Of a stretch of 64,000 nt of DNA, positions 1-13,448 are shown in pieces. The first letter of the stretch is position 1. The number at the start of each line of letters is the position of its first letter. Position numbers and translations under genes: made by a program. Source of the DNA: Octopus sinensis (lineage: Eukaryota); contig NC_043003.1 in assembly GCF_006345805.1 (NCBI RefSeq), positions 50,530,001 through 50,594,000 of the forward strand, given 5' to 3'. Below the pieces are notes generated by a model. That model was not told where the DNA came from, ran no database searches, and worked only from the letters and a program-made list of their open reading frames with translations.

Positions 1-247
1 ATTGTTCTTGTTTTTCCTGTCGTTATTTAGCTCTCAGGTGAGTTTTGGATAAGTAGATTTATGATCAAAAGCATTCTCGACGTGAAAGTCTCATCACATA
101 CTGAAACAATGCCTATCAAATATAGCTCTGTACCGTCTTTAAGATTAAAGCGTGTAATTCGAAGTTTGGTTGATGTTTCTCGTCAGGTCGAGCAGTCATA
201 TGCACTCTTCCTCGAGGGTTCTTAAACGAGATGTTAATTATGTCAGT

Positions 248-394
248 CATTCCACCGAGGTGGAATTTGCCTTTCATCTTTTTGGGGTCGTTAAAATATG
301 TGCCACTTGAGCAGTGGGGCCGATGTGAGCGACTAGTTTCCTTCCTCAAAACTTCAAACCTTTTGCCTATTGTAGAAAGGATTATGGCAGTTGT
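248..394 (+). mobile_element. SINE family A, 5'-truncated and degraded (core + tail B)
   Basis: ccaccgaggtggaatttgcctttcatctttttggggtcg core, then a tail ending gcctattgtagaaaggattat; matches the fuller copy at 42750. Confidence 0.75.
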
Positions 395-1761
395 ATGTTA
401 CTGGTGATTACTGATCATAATTATGAACAATACACAGAAATTTCAAATGGGGATTATATCGAATATTGTTATATTTCGGGACGGTCAATTTTGTTTTTGC
501 CAAATAAACACACACACACACACACACACTATATTCCTTCTTCACTTCATTTTTATTATTGTTCTTATTTTAGTGTCCTAAATCTTTCATCACACACCCT
601 GTGACCTCATCAGCGACTCTCCATCCCATGTGTTTCCTGTTTTGTTGAGTTCGAAAACAAGCAAAGAAAAATACAAGAACGATTATATCGAAGCTTTGCT
701 AAAATCTTTCCTCATTAACCTTTCACTTCTAGTACAATAACGGTGCTTACAATAAATTTGATATCTAAAATATTTTCACTTATATAATATAATTTTCGTC
801 TGGCAAAGTTATGAATGCCTCACTGTCATCAACATCGTTGCTGTTGTTGCTTAGACCGAGGTCAAATCTAGTTGACCCCATCCAGTTTTGCTTTTTAAAG
901 ACAAATTGTAAGATTTCTTACATGGTTCTGATGTTTCCTTCTTTTCTTAAGAGGGTCATCTTAAGCAGTGTGTCTGAGACGTATAGGTCATAGCAATCTG
1001 AGGTGAGACATTCACAGATTTTCAAACTAAAATAGTTACATAACTGAAGCAAAACGTCAAACAGCTAAGAATCGATATCTGTCGCAGACTAAACTGAACA
1101 CTCTATTTCTTTCTCTTCCTTTCTCTCCCTCTCTCTTTATCCCTCTCTCTCTCTGTCTCTGCCTCTCTCAATCTCTATCTGTCTGTCTCTCCCTCTCTCT
1201 CTGACACACATCTATTAATATTTGATAACTTACAAAGAAACACGAATATAGAAGTTTAGAAGGGAATGGCGTTGGATGCAGTTCATAGATATCTGAAGGT
1301 TATTAGCTTCACACTTATGCTAAATAGCTAAAACTTTACCAAAAGCCAGACTTGTTCTCAGGCTTTGCCAAGAAAAGATTCCTCTCTGTGATTTTCTTTG
1401 CTTCATGAAGATACGTTCGATTAGAATAGTCTGAATAGATCCTATCATATTCCTGATACCAGGGAACACTTTAACAGTCACTTGATTTGCTGGAAATAGC
1501 AGCTAGATCTTCCCCAGGTTATATTTCACCGTCTTAAAAAAATGAACACGTTAGATGCTATAATTCAAGAGACACTACATTTGAGAGAGAAAAAGAGGTT
1601 CGAGATGAGCGAGGATTAAACAGTGACCAGAAACCAGTCGGGTTTCAATTTAGAGTAAACATACAAAGTATGACTACTGTTAGGTACATAATCCACCACT
1701 TCATCAGTTCTGCCAATCCAGAGTCTGCTAATGCTAATATCCGTTTTGCTATAGGCCCAGT

Positions 1762-2056
1762 GGAGGTGCAATGGCCCAGTGGTTAGGGCAGCGGACTCGC
1801 GGTCGGAGGATCGCGGTTTCGATTCCCAAACCGGGCGTTGTGTGTGTTTTTTGAGTGAAAACACCTAAACCTCCACAAAGCTCCGGCAGAGGGTGGTGGC
1901 GACCCCTCTTGTACTCTTTCGCCCCAACTTTCTCTCACTCTTTCTTCCTGCTTCTTGAGTAACGCTACGATGGACTGGCTTGGGGGAACACGTACGCCAC
2001 AGAAACCAAGAAGCCGGGCCCATGAGCCTGGTTAGGCTTGAAAAGGGCGCATAAAT
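1762..2056 (+). mobile_element. tRNA-derived SINE family B with V-domain-like 3' part
   Basis: Head ggaggtgcaatggcccagtggttagggcagcggactcgcggtc...ggtttcgattccc carries A- and B-box-like motifs. gcgatggactggc resembles the V-SINE domain. Close paralogue at 31116-31407. Confidence 0.85.
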
Positions 2057-2068
2057 AAATTTTTAAAA

Positions 2069-2520
2069 TAGGTCCAGTACTCATCTGGTACTTATTTTAT
2101 CGACCACGAAGGATGAAAGGCGAATTTGACTTCGGCGGAATTTGAACTCAAATTTTAAACATTTTACCCGGCGTGCTAACGATTGTGCGAGCTCTCCATC
2201 TTAAATGCTATTAACGTCCTTTTCTACGGGGCCTTGTGCCTAGAGTAGAAAAGAATATATTTTTCTACTCTAGGCACATCGCGAACGGATGAAAAGCAAA
2301 GTCGACCTCGGCGGGCGAAATGCTTAGCGGTATTTCGTCTGCCGCTTCGTTCTGAGTTCAAATTCCGCCGAGGTCGACTTTGCCTTTCATCCTTTCGGGG
2401 TCGATTAAATAAGTACCAGTTACGCACTGGGGTCGACATAATCGACTTTATCCGTTTGTCTGTCGTTGTTTGTCTCCTCTGTGTTTAGCCCCTTGTGGGC
2501 AATAAAGAAATAAGAAACAG
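2069..2520. mobile_element. Cluster of SINE family A pieces in both orientations, with a fold-back
   Basis: Minus copy at 2069-2212; perfect hairpin of tail B at 2236-2278; minus core fragment at 2286-2313; plus copy at about 2310-2520 ending aataaagaaata. Confidence 0.85.
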
Positions 2521-2929
2521 TCAAAGATCTAAGTTCAAATCTCATTCTATGGCAACTATCCCTTTCACACCTCAACAGAATACAACGTAAGTACCTTATT
2601 ATTCAGTCAATTAGATGCCTACACAGCTCTAGTCTAGTGACGATGTAATTGACCAATGTTATAAAGTGTAGTTAAGTTAGTTAATGTTAACATTTTAAAG
2701 AAAGACTAAAAATAATTATATGGTATGTTAAAGATAACAGTAGCTCAATGACTAATATTATTTTAATCATTTTGGCAAGTATAACAACTAGAGACATGGC
2801 TTCGGAGAACAATGAGGCAACTAACATAGTAGCGTGCGTGATAGATAAGTTTCTAACAACTGTCAGAGTTAAAATCTCGTCTCAGTAAATATTACCGACT
2901 TAACCATCCAAATATCGATTGTATTAAGA

Positions 2930-3324
2930 ACTAGCAGTATCGCCCGGCGTTGCTCGGGTTTGTAAGGGAAATAACTATATAAGCATTTTTAGAGATGTAA
3001 AGTATAATAGCCATCTCAATATGGCTAACCACAGAGGGGGGTGTTACTGTAGCTATTTACGTTGAGATTTAATAATACATTTTAGAGAGTTACTTCCCTT
3101 ATATAAACCGAGCGAAAATGAATTAAAAATACGGAAAAATTATGGTAATTTTTTTTTTAAATCGTAGACTCATCGTAGACGCGCGCTAATACCCAGAAGG
3201 GCTCGATATGAATCACGACTATAAGATACCCGCTTTTGGTTACACTGCACCGCAACATGTGGGAGTAGTTAGGAATCTAAATCGCAGGAGACAGACACAC
3301 AACTTGACTATTATATATAAAGAT
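2930..3324 (+). mobile_element. Helentron-associated non-autonomous element (HINE/DINE-1-like)
   Basis: 5' actagcagtatcgcccggcgttgctcggg with subterminal cccg...cggg hairpin and 3' end tatatataaagat. Highly similar inverted copy at 47570-47959. Confidence 0.75.
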
Positions 3325-3536
3325 ATGAGAAAAAAAAAAAAGAAAAAATCAGGGGAAGAGTTGACATCACTGGAATCCGGACTTAGGATGTAAAACGCTA
3401 TGATTAAGTATCATACTCTTGTGTTCACTATCCTACTGAATTTTGCTACTCAGTCGTCCTCGTAAACCAATAGATTTATGTAACATTTAGCTTTATTCAA
3501 TATATAAAAACCAGTATCATTGACATTGATTTTTAA

Positions 3537-4117
3537 TATTCTTTCCTGCTCTAGACACAAGGCCCGAAATTTTGGGGGAGGGGGCCAGTCGATTAGATTG
3601 ACCTCTGTACATAACTGGTACTTAATTTATCGACCCCGAAAGGATGAAAGGCAAAGTCGACCCCGGCGGAATTTGAACTCAGAACGTAAAGACAGACGAA
3701 ATACACATTTCTTTACTACCCACAAGAGGCTAAACACAGAGAGGACAAACAAGGACAGACAAGAGGATTTAAGTCGGTTATATCGACCCCAGTAACTGCT
3801 ACTTAATTCATCGACCCCGAAAGGATGAAAGACAAAGTCGACCTCGGCGGAATTTGAACTCAGAACGTAACGGCAGATGAAATACTTATTTCTTTACTAC
3901 CCACAAGGGGCTAAACACAGAGAGGACAAACAAGGACAGACAAACGGATTAAGTCGATTATATCGATCCTAGTGCGTAACTGGTACTTATTTAATCGACT
4001 CCGAAAGAATGAAAGGCAAAGTCGACCTCGGCGGAATTTGAACTCAGAAAGTAACGGTAGACGAAATACGGCTACGCATTTCGCCCGGCGTGCTAACGTT
4101 TCTGCCAGCTCCTCGCC
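3537..4117 (-). mobile_element. Three tandem or nested SINE family A units
   Basis: Three repeats of gtcgacc(t/c)cggcggaatttgaactcagaa. Only one tRNA-like head (ending at 4117); junctions near 3706 and 3887. Confidence 0.9.
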
Positions 4118-4849
4118 TTATTGATTTTTAATATTGATACAAGTCAACGAGTTTTTTTTAAGGAGAAGGAATATTTGATTTAAACGTCTCTAGTACAAGA
4201 CAGGTCATTATTTTATCGACCCTAGAAGGAAAGGAAGTCAAAATAGTTGATTTTAAGATCTTAAAAAAAAGTAACTTAAACTCTGGCTGTTAGTATTGGC
4301 ACAAGAACTAACATTTTTGAAATTGCGCATGATTAAATCGAGCCACTATTCTCTTATACCTGCTTTATTAGCCCCTATAAGACAACTATGTAAAATAAAT
4401 TGATCCTATAAATGGAATGTCATAAAAGGAAAACCATAAATAACGCCGTAAGTGGTATCGTGAATGTCAGATGAATTTTAAAAGAAAGTCAACTTCATAA
4501 ATGTAAAGGAAGTGTCGTCATAAATAAAAGAAGAATAGCTCTACAGAGCTCTGTGCATTAGAATGAGCTGCAATACACCTATGTAGAACGCTGCATGTGC
4601 TGTAAATTTTCCAATTAAGTGAATGGATAAATGAAATTTTGTAGTGTATCTAAAAGCAATATAACAATATAATTCATGAAGCTGATAATAGAGAAAACAC
4701 GTACAAGGAGTACTGCAGTGACGAAATTCAGCTGAGTTATATAACGGATGAATATTTCACATGAAATCAAATAAAAAAAACACTTCAAAATTGAGGATAT
4801 ACGTTGATAGAGCTTTCTCATTTTTAGTCTCACTGTTACTTGTTCTCCC

Positions 4850-4971
4850 TCCTCTCTTTCCTCTCTCTCTCTCTCTCTCTCTCTCCCTCTCTCATTTATA
4901 AGATGCCTGAAATGTTTTCTTAAGAAATGGAACAGAGGAAAAGAGAAAGCGAAAGAGAGAGAGAGAGTGCG

Positions 4972-5022
<51 letters not shown>
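4850..5022. repeat. (CT)n and (GA)n microsatellites
   Basis: Direct inspection. Confidence 0.95.
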
Positions 5023-5024
<2 letters not shown>

Positions 5025-5268
5025 AGATATTGGCTTGGAAAATAGAGTGGTCGAGGATTCCTGTTGATATCATCTCCGAGGAATCATCTCTGAGGATTCA
5101 TCTCCGAATGGATGTTTTTTGATGAATCAGAACAATATATATCAGATTTAGTACGATTGTTTTATCTCTTGTATCATATGCACTTGTATGTGTATATTCA
5201 TGTCAATGCATATACGTGTATGCATGCATGTGAACAAGTTCTATGTAATTTTACAACATATATATATG

Positions 5269-5460
5269 AAGAAGAGGAAAATTCTTTGTGTTGTATGTCT
5301 TGTACTCTGTTTTTTCGTTGTTTGAAAAAAGTTCGTTTCTATGTTTTTGTTTTTATGCTATCGTTCCTCATTGTGTTCAACTTTTTTTGATGTCCTGTAC
5401 CCATATATGCATGTATATATACATATATATGTAGGTATGTACATATATGTATGTATATAT
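5269..5460 (+). mobile_element. Short dispersed repeat next to (TA)n; other copies at 12560-12700 (-) and 56470-56660 (+)
   Basis: The forward copy at 56470 shares ttctttgtgttgtatgtcttgtactctg...gtcctgtacccatatatgcatgtatat; the 12560 copy is the reverse complement of the 3' part. Confidence 0.75.
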
Positions 5461-5469
5461 CCATATATT

Positions 5470-5511
<42 letters not shown>

Positions 5512-5560
5512 ACAAGCACACGTACACCCCCATACATACATACATACATACATACATACA

Positions 5561-5594
<34 letters not shown>

Positions 5595-6179
5595 CATACA
5601 TAAGAAAAGGGTGATGTTCCTTATCTGTGGAACAATAGTATCTCAGATGAAAATTGTCATCACCTTCCTGTATGAAAACCAATCAAGTTTTATACAGATA
5701 GCAGATCCAGCTAAAGAATTTCAGAAAATATGGATCAGGGATTCACCTTAGCTCCTTTTCACTTAGAGATTGTAGTGACGTATCTAAGCAATGTATTGAT
5801 CCCGGCCAAGACAAAGGCCTTACTATCAAGTATAAACGATGATGTTAGTAATGCATGTGTTACTAATGTGTGGGTCTGTCTGACCTTGACTTCGCCAATG
5901 ATTTGGCCTGAAATCTCATCAAGACTTCTTAGCTCTTGAGAAGACTACAATCCAAGTCGATCTGTTTTTCAGTGAAAGAAAGACTGAGAACATGACTATA
6001 AATGAGAATTGTTTTCCCCATCATGGCACACTACTCAAAGAGGTCATAATTTCAAGTGCCATGTTGCTAAGAAAGACCTCTTTTCTTTCTTACAGGCAAA
6101 GAACGAGCATATAGTGCCTATAACGAGCGTCAAAATATCTGGCAATCACGTATCTAAAAATTACCTACGCTCTTAATTA

Positions 6180-6560
6180 TGAGAACTTGTGTAGAGAATA
6201 GTCTTCTGTACCGATCCGAAATCTGACGGAAAGGAGCATTAAGAGTGTTTCGATGATAGGTACGCAAGGCTTCTCCTACGGGCTCAAAACACTTCATGGC
6301 ATGGGCTAAGACCAGAGAGGATATTTATGAACCCATTCCACCAATCTCTATTATTATTGTTTGACGCTTTGCTAGTGACAAATATTGTGCTCGACAACAA
6401 GCCAAATTGGATGGTACATTTTGAAGATTTCTATAATGTAATAAAGGTGAAGACTTCTCAAATACTTGATATTATTTGGAGAGACAGAGAACAGGAAACG
6501 AAGAACTTACCAAAAGTAGTGGAGTGCAGAAATTCCTAGCTAGGTGTTGAGGAATGCATT
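6180..6560 (+). pseudogene. RTE-clade LINE ORF 3' remnant
   Basis: Frameshifted translation DDRYARLLLRAQNTSW / EDIYEPIPPISIII resembles the RTE C-terminal DGxYTRLLxRAxNISW...IYGxIPPIS motif. Confidence 0.6.
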
Positions 6561-7887
6561 TCAAATGCAGCCGCTTGAAGAAGAACATAATATCGGAATA
6601 TATATGAACGTGTATATATGTTTGTCTTTATATATACAGAATGAAAATAAAGTCTGCTTAGACATAAATCACCCGGAGGAACGTATCATGAATAAATGTG
6701 CTCAAAATGGCGGAAATGTGAACTTATTGCATCGGGGTTAAGTAAGTCTTTGTAAAGCGCATCGAACTTTGCATTACTAATGGTAGAAACCATGTTGAAA
6801 ATGGTATTCATTCATTTACTTTAATAAAATTATTGAAAACGTGCAGTGTCATCTTTGTATACAGACGGTATGGTCACTTTGTATGTATTAGAATTTGAAT
6901 TCAAATCCCGTGAAAGTTAAGCTTGGATTTTCTACTATCGGCGTCTCTAAAATTAGTACCAATCAAATACTAAAGATCGATATATTCAATCATCTTTTTT
7001 TTTAACCCAAATGTGTGGCTTGATGCTTCAATGTTAGTAATGTTGGTTAAGAAATGTCAATCGCTTTGTAGGAAAGAAATGGATTAAATGCAGCAAGCGC
7101 ATTGATCTGTTCCGTGCTACAGGTTTGTTTTTTTCGTGTTCAAATCCCTCCAGGAACGACTTAGCTTTTTTATCAAGGATCGATAAAATTAAATGACTCT
7201 GTCCATAGCCTAACATTTGAATGTTAAGCTGTGGAAGAAACATTTACGTGTCTAGAAACATTTACGTTCTTATTTGATCTGACAGAAATAGATGCGAAAT
7301 CCCCCTCAAATTTACACTACACGGTCTGAAATAAGAAAAAATACTCTGTACAATACACTCCTACTCTAAAAAGACTGGATGGCCACAGTTGGAATATTTT
7401 TGAACTACGTCAGCTCATAGATTTAGGGGTGACTGGGACTAAACATCTACAGCTTCAACAACGTGTTGTATTAAGAAATCATTATAAAGCAATATCCGTA
7501 TTTCAACCTGCTGTGTTTACTGTTATAAATGTTTAATTTTCTCTCTCACTCGTTACTTTGAAGAAACATAATAGCCGTGTAACTGGATACGCCTCCGTTT
7601 AATTTAGGCTAATTTTTTCAATGACGATATACTTTTTCTAAAGTAAACAGAATAAAATGAATTCAAATAAATATTGCAACTTAAAACTTTATGTGTTTAT
7701 TTATTTAACTAATTGAGTCTAGTTTTATTTTCTCTTAAATAAACATACTGATGCAATTTGTGATTTGTGATTTAGTAATTAATAAATTTGGTTGACAAAA
7801 TTGGTGGGGGTACAGAACAAATATCTTGAGGAATTTACTTAAGTAGCATTCTGTTCTTGGTTCAAATCTCCCAGATTTGATTTTAAA

Positions 7888-7933
<46 letters not shown>

Positions 7934-7935
<2 letters not shown>

Positions 7936-8736
7936 TAGCAGCATAGCCCGGCGTTGCCCGGGTATGTAAGAGACCCTAGTAAGCAACGACTAATCCCGAT
8001 CTAGTCCTTTCCCTCTAGGGAACGAAGGCGCATGTGTAGGTTGCAATGTCTTCTCTTCACTCCCAAATAACTATCAAACAGCTATCGATAATTCAACCCA
8101 ACCAATTCCTACCAGAAGAAGTTACATTCGAGACTTTACCCCCAACACCGCCACTTCTGCTAATAGCTGATGCAGCCGCAAGCTATTCGAATACTTTTTT
8201 TGTTTACACTTTCTTTATAACTACCACCCCAAACGTTTTACCTTAAATTTTTGACGTACCCTAAGGGTCCTCGGACGCTATTTGCAAACTCTTGGTTTAT
8301 TATAAACCGCTTTTGTCGTGTGCATCAAAAAACCTTTTCCATTCGTTTGTTCAGTTTGGTCACTTTTGACTTTTGCGTTGTTGTCACTCACATTGCTGCC
8401 CGCTTTTTTGCCGTTTTTGTACATTTTTATACATTTTGGGATACTTACCCCACGTGTTCCGAGTTAAAAAGGTCGAGTGCGTCCCCTAGACAGTCTGTAG
8501 AAAATGTGTTGCATATAAAAAGCTTAGATTCTCGACCCATGTCGAATTCATCGATTTTTTTCAGAACTGGGGGAACTTTTCAAAATTTTTGCTGCGTTAG
8601 TTTTGAATTATGACATTGGGCTACGTGTGTGTCAAGTTTCATCAGAATCGGTTGAAAGCCGTGGTCAGGGTGAGGGTACAACCTGACAGACACACAGACA
8701 GACAAACTGCCGTTTATACACATATATATATATATA
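7934..8736 (+). mobile_element. Helentron-associated element (second HINE family)
   Basis: 5' actagcagcatagcccggcgttgcccggg; 3' (caga)n followed by gccgtttatacacatatat, the typical HINE layout. Confidence 0.7.
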
Positions 8737-8744
8737 TGCCTCTC

Positions 8745-9285
8745 ATCGCCACAGATGGAGGAAGCAGGTTAAAAAGAGGTCGACACTTTTGAGAGTGCAC
8801 GTATTCCACATGAAGAACTTAAGCGTGCAGCTCGAAAGCGCGCTGCTGGTGTAGTGAATGGGGAAAGCTTGGTGTTTGCAGATTTTTAACGTAGGCGAAA
8901 CTGGATTGTATTGGAAAAAATTGCCAGACCGTTCATTCATTTCTAAGGAGGAGAAAACTTTTCCAGGCTACAAGTTCTCAAGAGAACAAAGCGTCCGCGA
9001 TGCACGGTAAACACCGCCAAACTGTATTCGTAAATTTAGATTACGTTTTTTTTTGTACTGTATCAAAAAATAAAAATTATTTGTTTGTAAGCTTAAAATA
9101 GGTTTTTATTAACCATGTATTATTGAAAATGCATTCATAAATAAAGTACATGACTGGAAATCGTTATTATCGGTTTTGCCTAGAGACAAGTAAAGTCTAG
9201 GCGCAAGTTAATTCGACTTAAGTCGTTTTTCGATTTAAGTTCTCTCTCCTGGAATCAATCAACGGCGTAGAGTGAGGTATGCCTG
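8745..9285 (+). mobile_element. Tigger/pogo DNA transposon remnant
   Basis: 8879-8990 translates QIFNVGETGLYWKKLPDRSFISKEEKTFPGYKFSRE, the pogo motif IFNxDETGLYWK with D changed to G. The 3' end cgacttaagtcg...gaggtatgcctg is followed by TA, a Tigger-type TIR. Confidence 0.8.
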
Positions 9286-9288
9286 TAT

Positions 9289-9320
<32 letters not shown>

Positions 9321-9333
9321 GTATGTATGTACA

Positions 9334-9399
<66 letters not shown>

Positions 9400-9464
9400 A
9401 GTGTGTGTGTGTGTGTGCGTGTGTTTGTTGCGACTTTGGCACAGTAAGTTATACAAACAGCTGA

Positions 9465-9790
9465 ACGGGTCGCCACTGCATAGTGCCAAAGATCCTAGCA
9501 CTACCATCAAAATATAGGACCAGATATTGCAATAGTTTGGGTTTAAAGGTCCCATAGCTCTTCAATATCCTTCCAAAATGCTTGAGAGATTGCATGATGT
9601 GGATGTAGGCGTCTTGAAAGCAAAACTGGATTTCCTCCTGTCAAGAGTTCCAGAATAGTCAACCTCACGGCAGGAAACAAACACGAGGCCAACAGCATCG
9701 CACTCCCTCATTCACTAAATGTCACATATCAGAGGAGGTTTCAAATAATGGTGTAGCATAGGCAACAGTGGTGCCCGAGCATGACCGCAG
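9465..9790 (+). pseudogene. CR1/L2-group LINE 3' end remnant
   Basis: Frameshifted GRHCIVPK...RYCNSLGFKGP-LFNILPKCLRD-HDVDVGVLKAKLDFLLSRVP, a typical CR1-group ORF2 C-terminus. Confidence 0.7.
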
Positions 9791-10728
9791 CTTTAAAGCG
9801 TGTCTTCGTGTCTATGTGTTTTTGTTATGTACAATCATGTGTGCATGTAGATAAAGATAGTCAAAAACATTAAATGTAATGTTACGCGGTATGTTTAAGC
9901 AGGTAAACCAATATCATACCTATATCTCTCTGTGTGGGTACGTATGTGTATGAAAAAGAAAGAAAGAAAGAAAGAAAGATAATCGGGTAGAGCGGGTGCT
10001 CTATCCCCTCTGCAAACTTTATTCATACGAAATCAACTATTCACTCTGTCGCTCCTTAGTGCTTCTAGAAACACGCGATTCCTTCTGGCGTTCAAAGAAC
10101 TTAGTGTTGAATAGTGATTGAATGAATGAGCAACTTTGAGTCAAATGCATACAAATACGTGAGTATGAATGTATGTGTATGTGTGTGTGTGTGAGAGAGA
10201 GAGGGGAGAGAGGAAAAGAAGTATCGCTCATTTCAAAATAACAGGTACAATTGGATGAATCGTCTTCAGTACTTATATCAAACGATGATAGGCAAAGATG
10301 GCTTAATCAACAGCTAACTATCTAAACTGCAATACAATTAAATGATACTTCACTGGATTGCTAAACATCATTTTAGAACGTATATTTATGTTTACACTAT
10401 GGTTGGACAATTAGGATCTCTGAATGCTATCAGGTACTCTGTTTCCGAATTTGCTCGTTCGTCGCAAGCGCTAGTGAACATGAGAAGTTGTATGTCTGCA
10501 CGAATTGTATTAACATGATTTGTGTTAAACCTCATATTTAGACATGAAGATGTTTTAATATTTACTTTTTGCATCTCTGAAGATGAGATTAATAGTCTAA
10601 AAAATTGTCATCAATATTAACTCACTTCAGACATCTAGACACGTAATCAAATAGTATGAACGTTCTTATTCAATGAGCCGCTGACATAACCATTAAATTC
10701 ATCTCAGAACATTAGATAATGGTAATAC

Positions 10729-10900
10729 ACCGAATAACAAATTTGTAAGAGTGTTGGATTGATTGTTTTGTATCAGAAGGGATAACCTACGGTTCTTGTT
10801 TCGACACTTTGTTCGAATCACGCTGTGGTCTTCGTGGATAGAACACACCATCCGTCACCTGCTTTAACAACGTCAATGGGCCCTTTAGCATCGTCCATTT
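10729..10900 (+). repeat. Unclassified dispersed repeat; other copies at 11519-11563 and 15341-15480
   Basis: tcagaagggata...cttgtttcgacactttgttc...gaacacacca...cgtcacctg is shared with 15341; ccgaataaca..tttgtaagagtgttggatt is shared with 11519. Confidence 0.7.
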
Positions 10901-11017
10901 TATCACCAGTTTGAGCTTCTTTTCCCTCCCTTTTTCTCATTTGTCTCGAAGTAATGGGTGCTTCCTGCAGCTTGATTAGACAAAATTAAATATTCTTTTT
11001 ATTACTTTGAACCAGAA

Positions 11018-11197
11018 GGGGGCGAGCTGGCAGAATCGTTAGCAACCCGGATATAAGACTTTACGCCATTTCTTCTGTCATTTCAGGGTCGATAAAATAA
11101 CTATCATTTGAACTCAGTTAACTAGTCGATTGCACCAACTTTGGAGCTCAACTTCTTTCTACGATAGGCCTTGTGCTTTTCGTCGAAAGAAAATTAT
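11018..11197 (+). mobile_element. SINE family A, degraded with internal deletion (tail B)
   Basis: Head ggggcgagctggcagaatcgttagc, core gggtcgataaaataa, tail ggccttgtgc. Confidence 0.7.
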
Positions 11198-11942
11198 TTC
11201 TAGTTACTGGAAGGCGACAAGCTAGCTGAACTGTTAGCACGCCGGACAAGTAGAATTTCGTTTAATGTTTTAAATGAAACAGTATAAGACTATGCAGCAT
11301 TTTCCTCTTCCAATAAGTAAAGAGAGACATACTTGAAGATATTTGAACAAAGAATCGAAACTACTCGACAATTTGGGGTTGACATTGTTGTGTGCTGTTG
11401 TTGGTGTTTCCAATTCAGGTCAGCAAATCTAAGATCAGGGTTCTTTCAGCTTTCATTTCTTCTTTATTTTTTTAAGCTTGGCAAAGCTAATCGAGAATTA
11501 CGTTTGTGATTGAAAGGCAACCGAATAACAGATTTGTAAGAGTGTTGGATTAATTGTTTTGTCGTAATCGTTCTGCTTCCTTACAGATGAGTTGAGATCC
11601 TACAGAGGTCAACTTTGAATTTCATTTTTTCGGAGTCGATAAATAAAGTACCAGTATCGTACTAGGGTCGGCTTTTCTTTCTCATCCTTTCGTTTTTTTT
11701 TCTTGACTTTCTCTCTTCTGGAAGAAATCGGCTAGGACGAGCTACACCAAGATTAAAATATTCCACAGTTGTCCATTTGTCATATCATGACGGTGACCCT
11801 ACGATTCCGACAAGGAGTTCAGGGCCCAAAAGCAATGCGAAGCAAGAGAGCGTAATTTGTAGGATATTTGAATGTTAATTCTAGTAAGTACACCACGTAG
11901 AATTTCATTCAATTCATCTTCCACTTTATGGTCCTCATAATA

Positions 11943-12096
11943 TATTTCTTTACTGCCCAGAAGGGGCTAAACAGAGGGGACAAACAAGGAGAGACGAAGG
12001 GATTGAGTCGATTATATCGCCCCCCCCAGTGCGAAACTGGTACTTTATTTATCGACCCCGAAAGGATGAAAGGCAAAGTTGACCTCGGCGGAATTT
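11943..12096 (-). mobile_element. SINE family A, 5'-truncated (tail A)
   Basis: atttctttactgcccagaaggggctaaac...atcgaccccgaaaggatgaaaggcaaagttgacctcggcgg. Confidence 0.85.
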
Positions 12097-13391
12097 TTCC
12101 TCATAATAACTATTTATGAAACTAGCGTAAGGCCACAAAAGTGCAAAGTATTTAGTCTTGTGCGTTCCTGTCTCTGCCACTCTAGCTTTCCAACAGGAAT
12201 TTCTCACATTCACAAATACACACGGGTACAGTAATGCAGGTAGAACAATTGACTGAATCAGAGCAATGCATTTATTTTTATTGTTATTTGATAAAGCGTT
12301 TTATGAACAGAAATATTGTTGGTCACAAATTCCAAACTCGTCAATCACTGGTTCACTACATTTTTGACGACGAGAGGAACAATGGGTTATCTGCACATTC
12401 GAGCGGAAAAAATAAACGGGGTTTTATTGCTATTTCCGTATTTTACAGCTTTCCCCGATGTATATCGGTGCTCTCTCTCTCTCTCTCGCTCTCTCTCTAT
12501 ATATATATATATCTTTATATATATAATATATATATATATATATCTTTATATATATAATATATATGCATATATACATACATACATGTACATACCTACATAT
12601 ATATGTATATACACATGTATATATGGGTACAGGACATCCAAACAACGTGGACAACATGAAAAACGAGAACATGAAAAAACAAAAACATGGAAAACGAGCT
12701 TTTTTACACACACACACACACATGATTGATTTTCGCTGACCAAGTTCTATTCGCAAACTTTTGCCAGCCAGTGACACAGTTTCGAAGCGAACTTCTTAAC
12801 TACAGACCCGAATTAACCACAAACGGTTAAATGTAAAACATTACTTTCAGTAAAATGTGAGCGCAAATCTAATAGAACTCAAATGAAATACCGCTAAGTT
12901 ATTATTCGGTCCTCTACAATTTCCGCTAACACCTTACTTTTCCGGTACTCAGAGTATTAATAACTTTTAAATTGATAAATTTCCGAGAATAGATGTCCAA
13001 CTAAATTATATTATTATATTTACAAGTGAGTTGAGTCAAATGGTAGACGATAGAGAAACACTAATTCTAATGGACATATGTATTCATGACAAGATTCTTT
13101 ACATTTTCTATCCTGATATAACTTCATTATTCTGGGTTTGTGGCGGTTATCCACACACACACACACTACACAGTACACACTCACAAACATGAACACAAAC
13201 AAACATACGTTCTCTCTCTCTCCTACTCTCTCTCGTTCGCTCTCACACATACATATACGGTCATTTTGTGAGCTTGCCGCTTTATATCAAGTAAATATTT
13301 CAGTACTGATGTGGAAACAAGTTATCTGGCTCGCCACAACAAATGAGCGAGCGAGACATAGGAGAAAGAAAAAGATGAGGGAGGGAAGGAC

Positions 13392-13448
<57 letters not shown>

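Noticed and set aside
3600-4060. Regularly spaced repeats resembling a CRISPR array
   Set aside because: The units are whole SINE bodies with homologous, not unique, spacers; the context is eukaryotic and there are no cas genes.
5073-5110. Three copies of a 14-15-bp unit (atcatctc[c/t]gagg)
   Set aside because: Ordinary slippage minisatellite; similar short duplications occur at 15270, 24890 and 38172.
4615-5751. Long ORFs rich in YI, SL, HT or CV repeats (also 12234-12777, 38457-38982, 56439-57131, 59148-59521 and others)
   Set aside because: They are translations of (TA)n, (GA)n, (CA)n and (CATA)n microsatellites, which lack stops in some frames.
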